Positions 36,940 to 48,303 of a stretch of 64,000 nucleotides of DNA are shown here, one piece after another. Each line of letters opens with the position of its first letter. The first letter of the stretch is position 1. The translations under genes and the position numbers were made by a program. The stretch spans positions 1 to 64,000 of the forward strand of contig CM120642.1 of NCBI GenBank assembly GCA_051362555.1, given 5' to 3'. The DNA comes from Lingula anatina (lineage: Eukaryota > Animalia > Brachiopoda). The notes under the pieces are model-generated. The model worked only from the letters and a program-made list of their open reading frames with translations. It did not search any database and had not been told where the DNA came from.

Positions 36940-39900
36940 TTAGTAGCCTGTATTCCTCCCTTCTGGTTGTACCTGTGGATGTATCTCTTCTGCTGAAACT
37001 GGGGCTGGAACAGTAGTGGGAGACCTGGAAATAGAAACCAGGGATATTAAAACAACAACATCCCTTCTGCTGAGACTACAACTGGAGTACTAGTGGGAGA
37101 CCTGGAAATAGAAACCAGGGATATTAAAACAACAACATCCCTTCTGCTGAGACTACAACTGGAGTACTAGTGGGAGACCTGGAAATAGAAACAAGGGATA
37201 TTAAAACAACAACATCCCTTCTGCTGAGACTACAACTGGAGTACTAGTGGGAGACCTGGAAATAGAAACAAGGGATATTAAAACAACAACATCCCTTCTG
37301 CTGAGACTACAACTGGAGTACTAGTGGGAGACCTGGAAATAGAAACCAGGGATATTAAAACAACAGCATCCCTTCTGCTGAGACTACAACTGGAGTACTA
37401 GTGGGAGACCTGGAAATAGAAACCAGGGATATTAAACCAAAAACATCCCTTCTGCTGAGACTACAACTGGAGTACTAGTGGGAGACCTGGAAATAGAAAC
37501 CAGGGATATTAAACCAAAAACATCCCTTCTGCTGAGACTACAACTGGAGTACTAGTGGGAGACCTGGAAATAGAAACCAGGGATATTAAAACAACAACAT
37601 CCCTTCTGCTGAGACTACAACTGGAGTACTAGAGGGAGACCTGGAAATAGAAACCAGGGATATTAAAACAACATCATCCCTTCTGCTGAGACTACAGCTG
37701 GAGTACTAGTGGGAGACCTGGAAATAGAAACCAGGGATATTAAAACAACAACATCCCTTCTGCTGAGACTACAACTGGAGTACTAGAGGGAGACCTGGAA
37801 ATAGAAACCAGGGATATTAAACCAAAAACATCCCTTCTGCTGAGACTACAACTGGAGTACTAGTGGGAGACCTGGAAATAGAAACCAGGGATATTAAAAC
37901 AAGAACATCCCTTCTGCTGAGACTACAGCTGGAGTACTAGTGGGAGACCTGGAAATAGAAACCAGGGATATTAAAACAACAACATCTCTTCTGCTGAGAC
38001 TACAACTAGAGTACTAGAGGGAGACCTGGAAATAGAAACCAGGGATATTAAAACAACAACATTTCTTCTGCTGAGACTACAACTGGGGCACTGGTGGGAG
38101 ACAAAATAGTATTTCCATGGCAACATGAATCTATCAAATTGATGCAGCTTCAAACAACACTTCTTTGTCTTCAATTGTGAAGATTATTACAATAATAAAG
38201 CCAGTTATACATGCAAAATACAGATATATACATATAAGCTAAATGTAAGCAGGAACTAAGGTAAGATATTTATATACGTTAAAAGATGTCCTGAAACCCT
38301 CTTTATACTGGACATTTACCTTTCTGTGCTCTTTGTCTCACCATAAAACTGGCATTGCTGTGGTCGTTTAAAAGAGGCACAAGCGTCCCTTTGCTCGCAG
38401 AATGAATGCTCAATGATTGAACAATTGTCGGCATGTGAAGTATTTTATTTTTCACTAACAAAAGGGCCAAACTACAGGGCACAGAGAGGATGCCATCTAG
38501 AGTAAAGGGGGTTTAAGTGTAAGAGGGAACTAACATCCTTACCCTTCACCAGGTGGCGCAGACGCTGGTGTGACGCTTTCCATTGCTTGGTGGGGATATG
38601 CTGAATCTGGCACATTTCCTCTGGTAGGAGAGAACTAGAAATAACATGATACAAGAACTCATTAACTCTGGTAGGAGAGAACTAGAAATAACATGATACA
38701 AGAACACATGAACTCTGGTAGAAGAGAACTAGAAATACCATGATACAAGAACTCATGAACTCTGGTAGGAGAGAACTAGAAATAACATGATACAAGAACT
38801 CATGAACTCTGGTAGGAGAGAACTAGAAATAACATGATACAAGAACACATTAACTCTGGTAGGAGAGAACTAGAAATAACATGATACAAGAACTCATGAA
38901 GTCTGGTAGGAGAGAACTAGAAATACCATGATACAAGAACTCATGAACTCTGGTAGGAGAGAACTAGAAATACCATGATACAAGAACTCATGAACTCTGG
39001 TAGGAGAGAACTAGAAATAACATGATACAAGAACACATTAACTCTGGTAGGAGAGAACTAGAAATAACATGATACAAGAACTCATGAAGTCTGGTAGGAG
39101 AGAACTAGAAATACCATGATACAAGAACTCATGAACTCTGGTAGGAGAGAACTAGAAATACCATGATACAAGAACTCATGAACTCTGGTAGGATAGAACT
39201 AGAAATAACATGATACAAGAACTCATGAACTCTGGTAGGAGAGAACTAGAAATAACATGATACAAGAACACATGAACTCTGGTAGAACAGAACTAGAAAT
39301 AACATGATACAAGAACTCATGAACTCTGGTAGGAGAGAACTAGAAATAACATGATACAAGAACACATGAACTCTGGTAGGAGAGAACTAGAAATAACATG
39401 ATACAAGAACTCATGAACTCTGGTAGGAGAGAACTAGAAATAACATGATACAAGAACACATTAACTCTGGTAGGAGAGAACTAGAAATAACATGATACAA
39501 GAACTCATGAAGTCTGGTAGGAGAGAACTAGAAATACCATGATACAAGAACTCATGAACTCTGGTAGGAGAGAACTAGAAATACCATGATACAAGAACTC
39601 ATGAACTCTGGTAGGAGAGAACTAGAAATAACATGATACAAGAACACATTAACTCTGGTAGGAGAGAACTAGAAATAACATGATACAAGAACTCATGAAG
39701 TCTGGTAGGAGAGAACTAGAAATACCATGATACAAGAACTCATGAACTCTGGTAGGAGAGAACTAGAAATACCATGATACAAGAACTCATGAACTCTGGT
39801 AGGATAGAACTAGAAATAACATGATACAAGAACTCATGAACTCTGGTAGGAGAGAACTAGAAATAACATGATACAAGAACACATGAACTCTGGTAGAACA

Positions 39901-41369
39901 GAACTAGAAATAACATGATACAAGAACTCATGAACTCTGGTAGGAGAGAACTAGAAATAACATGATACAAGAACACATGAACTCTGGTAGAACAGAACTA
40001 GAAATAACATGATACAAGAACTCATGAACTCTGGTAGGAGAGAACTAGAAATAACATGATACAAGAACACATGAACTCTGATAGGAGAGGACTAGAAATA
40101 ACATGATACAAGAACTCATGAACTCTGGTAGAACAGAACTAGAAATAACATGATACGAGAAAACTAAGATATCTTTACTCGTTAAAGGCTGACAGAGAAA
40201 TCTGCATTGTTCCATAAAGAGAAAGTTTAAAGAAAAAAATAGAGCAATGTCAATAAGTGTAATAAAATTTATAAACCCTGTTATGGGAATGTGGGTTGGG
40301 TTAATAACAGCTTGAAAATTATTTTCTGTGCACTTGATAAAAAGCCAATGAAGATGATTGCTTTCATGTCTCATGTGAAACCTGTTTTTAGTTTGACTGT
40401 TATGTATGGGGACATACTTATTTGATTAAATAGGAACACATGGTAAATATTACGAATTTCAAAACATAAATTTAACTTCATTTGCACAACATTTAGTGCT
40501 AATGGCATCAAGGCCAAAAATAATCATATTCTAGGGTTCTTCAATTGGTTTACTCACATGTGTTTGTTTTTCATATCTCTTCATGATGACACACAGCACC
40601 ACAATTAATATGATTCCCACAGTCAAAATCACAATGGCCAGGAGAAGAAAAGCCAGCCCTGTGTAGCCTAATCCCCTGAAAAATGTATTATAAGTTACCA
40701 TTCAGTGCACTGAAAATGTTTCTTAAAACAAACAAACAAAGTAGTTAACAGCTTCATGAATATACACTGCCTTGTTACCTGTAGGTTTACATAGTTCATC
40801 ATGGATGCAGGCAAGTCAGATATGGCAAAGAAATAAAAAGAATTTTACCTTATTTGTTAATTATCATTTCTTTTGTGCTGATAAAGAAGATAAAAGAACA
40901 GTCCTTGCTAGGCTCCCTGCAGCAATTCAAACATTTGTGGTTGTATATTCACCAGTGTAAACCCTAGCTCATCAAGTTGTTGTATATTCACCAGTGTAAA
41001 CCCTATAGCTCATCAAGTTGTTGTATCCATGAGGGGTTAGAAATACTCTAATTGCCTCATAAGAAGGCATATTCCCATCATTTCATTCAGGAAATATCAG
41101 CCCTGGGGCCCTGATCAAGCTATAATGTCAAATATAATATATTCATAATGCTGAAAAGTTTAAAGGAAGGCAGATATTTTGATAAATATAAGTTCAACTC
41201 ACTTTTTCCAGTCTTCAGTTGGGATGTACTGAGCATAGAAGACAAGCAGACATATTCCTATTACTAGAGACAAGATTCCAAATATTATCCACCCTGTGCC
41301 ACATTTACATATTCTGTACAGTTTCTTCTTCACTTCATCTGCCTGCTTGCTGATAGAGTCAATCTTCAT
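36940..41369 (-). CDS. Uncharacterised 156-aa two-transmembrane protein with Pro-rich tail; exons 41203-41369, 40558-40675, 40179-40201, 38543-38620, 36940-37024
   Basis: GT-AG introns with consistent phases give MKIDSISKQADEVKKKLYRICKCGTGWIIFGILSLVIGICLLVFYAQYIPTEDWKKGLGYTGLAFLLLAIVILTVGIILIVVLCVIMKRYEKQTHISLSAFNEGNVPDSAYPHQAMESVTPASAPPGEGSPTTVPAPVSAEEIHPQVQPEGRNTGY*. Probable 5' UTR exons lie at 41924-41941 and ~42156-42230. Confidence 0.75.
36985..38102. repeat. 77-bp minisatellite (~14 copies) spanning a splice acceptor and exon start
   Basis: Unit gagacctggaaatagaaaccagggatattaaaacaacaacatcccttctgctgagactacaactggagtactagtgg. Confidence 0.97.
38619..40160. repeat. 47-bp minisatellite (~33 copies) containing a splice acceptor
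   Basis: Unit aactctggtaggagagaactagaaataacatgatacaagaactcatg, with 4-unit and 13-unit higher-order periods. Confidence 0.97.
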
Positions 41370-42086
41370 TGTGGAGTACACTAGGTCAGCCGTCAAAACA
41401 ATGACCTAAACAGAAATCAAATCAGGGCAAATCAGCCTAGTGTTGATACGGTTTGGGGGAAATTTATCAATTTTACATTCATTGCATTCTGCAGTTATTG
41501 CTCTCAGCTGTGTTTTATTTATTTTTTCCTCTTATATGTTGTAGAAAATATGTGATCAGCGTTTTTCCTTCGTAGCTACATGTAGTGTATATTAAAGTAA
41601 GGATCTGAAGCTGTAAATGTCCTGTCAAGCAACACACAAACACCTTTGCACACATACGCCATAACCTGATTTCTAGCATATTTTGATTTGAATATCATTT
41701 TACTTCTTAGTAAAGTGTTAAAAGGTACAAGCTCGGTACAAGTCAAATACTTTGTTTCCTTAGTTCTGGAGCTCAATTAAACGTTAAGTTTTAAAATGTT
41801 ACAGTGATAAACAACCACATCAGTAGTTCTTACTTGTAGTAGTTACGCATCTATAGTTGAATCTTGTTTACACAGGGTATTACTATACAGTGCAACAGCC
41901 ACCTCCCAAAACATGACCTTCACCTTGTACGGAAGGTGGCGCTGAAAGACAAGAGAAGCTAAACAATTCACTTTCAGCTACCAGAATGAATACTGTATAT
42001 GTTATACTTAAGATTTGTGCCGGGTAGATTTGATTAATATTAAATTTCTTAAACATTTGTCGGAATGCCTGGGTCATTGTTTGCAG

Positions 42087-42122
<36 letters not shown>

Positions 42123-43569
42123 GAATCTAGGATAACTTTATTTAATTTTAATTACCTGGAGGAATGTCAGGCCTCGGATTGCGCGAGGCCGACCTTCGTC
42201 CACTCGGCGTGGGGTGAATTAATCAAACTGGCATACGTGTAATTATGATTTTGTCAGACATATTGCCAACAAAAAATATAACAAGTAGGCCTATTTCACT
42301 GGGTAGGCCTGCTGTACGTAGCATACATACTATTCTATAAGCCTAGGTCCCAACCGAACATACGGGCTGCTACGTGAGGTCTACGGCCCTGACCCCCCCC
42401 CCCCCCCCCCTTCGGTTTCTGAAAACAATATCACACCAATATTCCCCTCTTGAAATTAGAATTTTGACTAGCTAAATCATAGCTTTAAACCGTATCAAAG
42501 GACGCCGTATGCCCTCCAAAACAATAACTTTTTTTCGGGGCTCTTGAGCAGCTAGGCCCCGAACTCTACGCTAAAGGGGCGTTGGTCGGTTAATTTTGCA
42601 TCCGAGGCTTGTCGCTCCGGACCTCCTCCCCCCCCCCCCCCCCCCCCCCCCCCCCAAATAATCCTGGATTCGCCCCTGTATTAGTATTTGATTAAAACGG
42701 CTTACAGCTTCCAACATCACAGAATCACTATATAGGCCTACAGTTAAATAAGCGCGTCATCGTATTTTAGTGTAGTTTTATAGGATCGATTCAATGTAAT
42801 TAAAATTCAGCAATTTTGTTACACATTTGACGATGAATAAACACATCCCGGCGCTCTGATGTATGCACATATATGATGTAGAAGTGAACACACCTGATGA
42901 AATAATATGGAACACCTGGCTTTATCATACATATTTATGTTACATCTTTACAATACATTTAAGAACACATTCAGGCCAAACTTTGGATATACGCCTATAA
43001 CATGACAATAATCAAACACAGTAACTGACTGACAACATCAGCATTATTTGTTTCGAATTGCTGAGCTTCGTGGAGTCGAGAGATCACTGGAAACTACAGT
43101 TATTATTCCATCAATCGTCACCAAAATGTAGCCTATTTCTGACCTATCCTAACATTTAACTTAAAGGGATAATAACTCTTCGTTTCGGCCAAAAAATGAA
43201 TTTTCCTGGAGTAAACAACAATTTTCCCATACTTACAAATGGTTCATGAATCCATTTTTACATTCAAAGTCAGTCCCTGTTTTTTTTTTTTTCTCTAAAA
43301 AGTTTGGTCTTTTGTTAAAATCTCTCTTAAGAGATTTTAACAGAGTATAGCCATCAATGGAGTTCACGTGGTCTAAAGACAAACTCAGATATCATAATAA
43401 TAGCTATAACTGCCGTTTTTGTTGTAAAACAGAACATATTATATTTCTATGAGTTATTCACAATGTTTTTATTGTGAAATATAGATCTCGTACAAAGAGT
43501 TATTGTCCCTTTAATTGCAACTCCTGAGATTCAGCCATGCAGCACGTTGCTCTGCTTCTCTGCAGGAAT

Positions 43570-45472
43570 CTGTCTGCTCTGTCTCTGCCCCTCAGGACAA
43601 ACCACTTGGAGACATCGCCACTAATCTCTCTGCTGTGTCTGTGGACCTCAGGACAAACCACTTGGAGACATCGCCACTAATCTCTCTGCTGTGTCTGTGG
43701 ACCTCAGGACAAACCACTTGGAGACATCGCCACTAATCTCTCTGCTCTGTCTCTGCCCCTCAGGACAAACCACTTGGAGACATCGCCACTAATCTCTCTG
43801 CTGTGTCTGTGGACCTCAGGACAAACCACTTGGAGACATCGCCACTAATCTCTCTGCTCTGTCTCTGCCCCTCAGGACAAACCACTTGGAGACATCGCCA
43901 CTAATCTCTCTGCTGTGTCTCTGGACCTCAGGACAAACCACTTGGAGACATCGCCACTAATCTCTCTGCTGTGTCTGTGGACCTCAGGACAAACCACTTG
44001 GAGACATCGCCACTAATCTCTCTGCTGTGTCTCTGCCCCTCAGGACAAACCACTTGGAGACATCGCCACTAATATCTCTGCTGTGTCTGTGGACCTCAGG
44101 ACAAACCACTTGGAGACATCGCCACTAATCTCTCTGCTGTGTCTCTGCCCCTCAGGACAAACCACTTGGAGACATCGCCACTAATCTCTCTGCTGTGTCT
44201 GTGGACCTCAGGACAAACCACTTGGAGACATCGCCACTAATCTCTCTGCTGTGTCTCTGGACCTCAGGACAAACCACTTGGAGACATCGCCACTAATATC
44301 TCTGCTGTGTCTGTGGACCTCAGGACAAACCACTTGGAGACATCGCTACTAATCTCTCTGCTGTGTCTCTGGACCTCAGGACAAACCACTTGGAGACATC
44401 GCCACTAATCTCTCTGCTGTGTCTCTGGACCTCAGGACAAACCACTTGGAGACATCGCCACTAATCTCTCTGCTGTGTCTCTGGACCTCAGGACAAACCA
44501 CTTGGAGACATCGCCACTAATCTCTCTGCTGTGTCTCTGGACCTCAGGACAAACCACTTGGAGACATCGCCACTAATCTCTCTGCTGTGTCTCTGGACCT
44601 CAGGACAAACCACTTGGAGACATCGCCACTAATATCTCTGCTGTGTCTGTGGACCTCAGGACAAACCACTTGGAGACATCGCCACTAATATCTCTGCTGT
44701 GTCTGTGGACCTCAGGACAAACCACTTGGAGACATCGCCACTAATCTCTCTGCTGTGTCTCTGGACCTCAGGACAAACCACTTGGAGACATCGCCACTAA
44801 TCTCTCTGCTGTGTCTGTGGACCTCAGGACAAACCACTTGGAGACATCGCCACTAATCTCTCTGCTGTGTCTGTGGACCTCAGGACAAACCACTTGGAGA
44901 CATCGCCACTAATCTCTCTGCTGTGTCTGTGGACCTCAGGACAAACCACTTGGAGACATCGCCACTAATCTCTCTGCTGTGTCTCTGGACCTCAGGACAA
45001 ACCACTTGGAGACATCGCCACTAATCTCTCTGCTGTGTCTGTGGACCTCAGGACAAACCACTTGGAGACATCGCCACTAATCTCTCTGCTGTGTCTCTGG
45101 ACCTCAGGACAAACCACTTGGAGACATCGCCACTAATCTCTCTGCTGTGTCTCTGGACCTCAGGACAAACCACTTGGAGACATCGCCACTAATCTCTCTG
45201 CTGTGTCTGTGGACCTCAGGACAAACCACTTGGAGACATCGCCACTAATCTCTCTGCTGTGTCTCTGGACCTCAGGACAAACCACTTGGAGACATCGCCA
45301 CTAATCTCTCTGCTCTGTCTCTGCCCCTCAGGACAAACCACTTGGAGACATCGCCACTAATCTCTCTGCTGTGTCTGTGGACCTCAGGACAAACCACTTG
45401 GAGACATCGCCACTAATCTCTCTGCTGTGTCTGTGGACCTCAGGACAAACCACTTGAGGATATCGCCACTAA
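43570..45472. repeat. 56-bp minisatellite, ~34 copies
   Basis: Unit ctcaggacaaaccacttggagacatcgccactaatctctctgctgtgtctgtggac. Confidence 0.98.
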
Positions 45473-45834
45473 TGCTTGATTTTACTCATGATTATACACT
45501 TTGAACAGCATGTACGAAGCCAATATCAAGTTTTGAGCAGAAGCAAATACACCATGATTAGAGGGAGTAAATATGCACCTATGTGACCCCTGAGTAAAAC
45601 TAAACTATGAGTTTAGTAACGATCACTCCCACTGAACAAGGGGGGGGGGGGTCCTGTCAATGTGCAAGATACCAGCTTTACAAGGACTGCTAAAGCAACA
45701 ATGTTGTGTCCATCAAGTTGTAAGATAAATTCTGATATGTTTCACAATAAAAACTGTCCAGATATTTTGGGTGTTCTTCACGAAAACCCCCTCCACACAC
45801 ACGCCATTCCCATTTTTATGGACGTGACACAAAC

Positions 45835-48303
45835 TAAAAGATAGTGGCAGTTCATGGCAGGTTGGTGGAGTCAGCATTCTTAAAGATAACGTCAGTTCAT
45901 GACCGGTTGGTGAAGTCAGCATTCTTAAAGATAACGTCAGTTCATGGCAGGTTGGTGGAGTCAGCATACTAAAAGATAACGTTAGTTCATGGCAGGTTGG
46001 TGGAGTCAGTAAATTCAACTAACAGATAACGGTAGTTCATGGCAGGTTGGTGAATTCAGCATTCTAAAAGATAACGTCAGTTCATGGCAGGTCGTTGGAG
46101 TCAGTAAATTCAACTAACAGATAGCGGTAATTCATGGCAGGTTGGTGAAGTCAGCATTCTAAAAGATAACGTCAGTTCATGGCAGGTTGGTGGAGTCAGT
46201 AAATTCAACTAACAGATAACGTTAGTTCATGGCAGGTTGGTGAAGTCAGCATTCTAAAAGATAACGTCAGTTCATGGCAGGTTGGTGGAGTCAGTAAATT
46301 CAACTAACAGATAACGGTAGTTCATGGCAGGTTGGTGAAGTCAGTAAATTCAACTAACAGATAACGGTAGTTCATGGCAGGTTGGTGAAGTCAGCATTCT
46401 AAAAGATAACGTCAGTTCATGGCAGGTTGGTGGAGTCAGTAAATTCAACTAACAGATAACGGTAGTTCATGGCAGGTTGGTGAAGTCAGTAAATTCAACT
46501 AACAGATAACGGTAGTTCATGGCATGTTGTTGAAGTCAGTAAATTCAACTAACAGATAACGGTAGTTCATGGCAGGTTGGTGAAGTCAGCATTCTAAAAG
46601 ATAACGTCAGTTCATGGCAGGTTGGTGGAGTCAGTAAATTCAACTAACAGATAACGGTAGTTCATGGCAGGTTGGTGAAGTCAGTAAATTCAACTAACAG
46701 ATAACGGTAGTTCATGGCATGTTGTTGAAGTCAGTAAATTCAACTAACAGATAACGGTAGTTCATGGCATGTTGTTGAAGTCAGTAAATTCAACTAACAG
46801 ATAACAGTAGTTCATGGCAGGTTGGTGGAGTCAATAAATTCAACTAACAGATAACGGTAGTTCATAACAGGTTGGTGAAATCAGCATTCTAAAAGATAAC
46901 GTCAGTTCATGGCAGGTTGGTGGAGTCAGTAAATTCAACTAACAGATAACGGTAGTTCATGGCAGGTTGGTGAAGTCAGCATTCTCAAAGATAACGTCAG
47001 TTCATGGCAGGTTGGTGGAGTCAGTAAATTCAACTAACAGATAACGTCAGTTCATGGCAGGTTGGTGGAGTCAGTAAATTCAACTAACAGATAACGGTAG
47101 TTCATGGCAGGTTGGTGAAGTCAGCATTCTAAAAGATAACGTCAGTTCATGGCAGGTTGGTAAAGTCAGCATACTAAAAGATAACGTTAGTTCATGGCAG
47201 GTTGGTGGAGTCAGTAAATTCAACTAACAGATAACGGTAGTTCACGGCAGGTTGGTGGAGTCAGTAAATTCAACTAACAGATAACGGTAGTTCATGGCAG
47301 GTTGGTGGAGTCAGTAAATTCAACTGACAGATAACGGTAGTTCATGGCAGGTTGGTGGAGTCAGCAAATTCAAATAACAGATAACGGTAGTTCATGGCAG
47401 GTTGTTGGAGTCAGTAAATTCAACTAACAGATAACGGTAGTTCATGGCAGGTTGGTGGAGTCAGTAAATTCAACTAACAGATAACGTCAGTTCATGGCAG
47501 GTTGGTGAAGTCAGCATACAAAAAGATAACGTTAGTTCATGGCAGGTTGGTGGAGTCAGCGAATTCAACTAACAGATAACGGTAGTTCATGGCAGGTTGT
47601 TGGAGTCAGTAAATTCAACTAACAGATAACGGTAGTTCATGGCAGGTTGGTGGAGTCAGTAAATTCAACTAACAGATAACGGTAGTTCATGGCAGGTTGT
47701 TGGAGTCAGTAAATTCAACTAACAGATAAAGGTAGTTCATGGCAGGTTGTTGGAGTCAGTAAATTCATCTAACAGATAACGGTAGTTCATGGCAGGTTGT
47801 TGGAGTCAGTAAATTCAACTTACAGATAACGGTAGTTCATGGCAGGTTGGTGGAGTCAGCGAATTCAACTAACAGATAACGGTAGTTCATGGCAGGTTGT
47901 TGGAGTCAGTAAATTCAACTTACAGATAACGGTAGTTCATGGCAGGTTGGTGGAGTCAGCGAATTCAACTAACAGATAACGGTAGTTCATGGCAGATTGT
48001 TGGAGTCAGTAAATTCAACTAACAGATAACGGTAGTTCATGGCAGGTTGTTGGGGTCAGTAAATTCAACTAACAGATAACGGTAGTTCATGGCAGGTTGT
48101 TGGAGTCAGTAAATTCAACTGACAGATAACGGTAGTTCATGGCAGGTTGGTGGAGTCAGTAAATTCAACTAACAGATAACGGTAGTTCATGGCAGGTTGT
48201 TGGAGTCAGTAAATTCAACTAACAGATAACGGTAGTTCATGGCAAGTTGGTGGAGTCAGTAAATTCAACTAACAGATAAAGGTAGTTCATGGCAGGTTGG
48301 TGA
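45835..48303. repeat. Mixed 45/50-bp minisatellite, ~50 copies
   Basis: Shared core gttcatggcaggttggtggagtcag, followed by either cattctaaaagataac or taaattcaactaacagataac. Confidence 0.98.
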
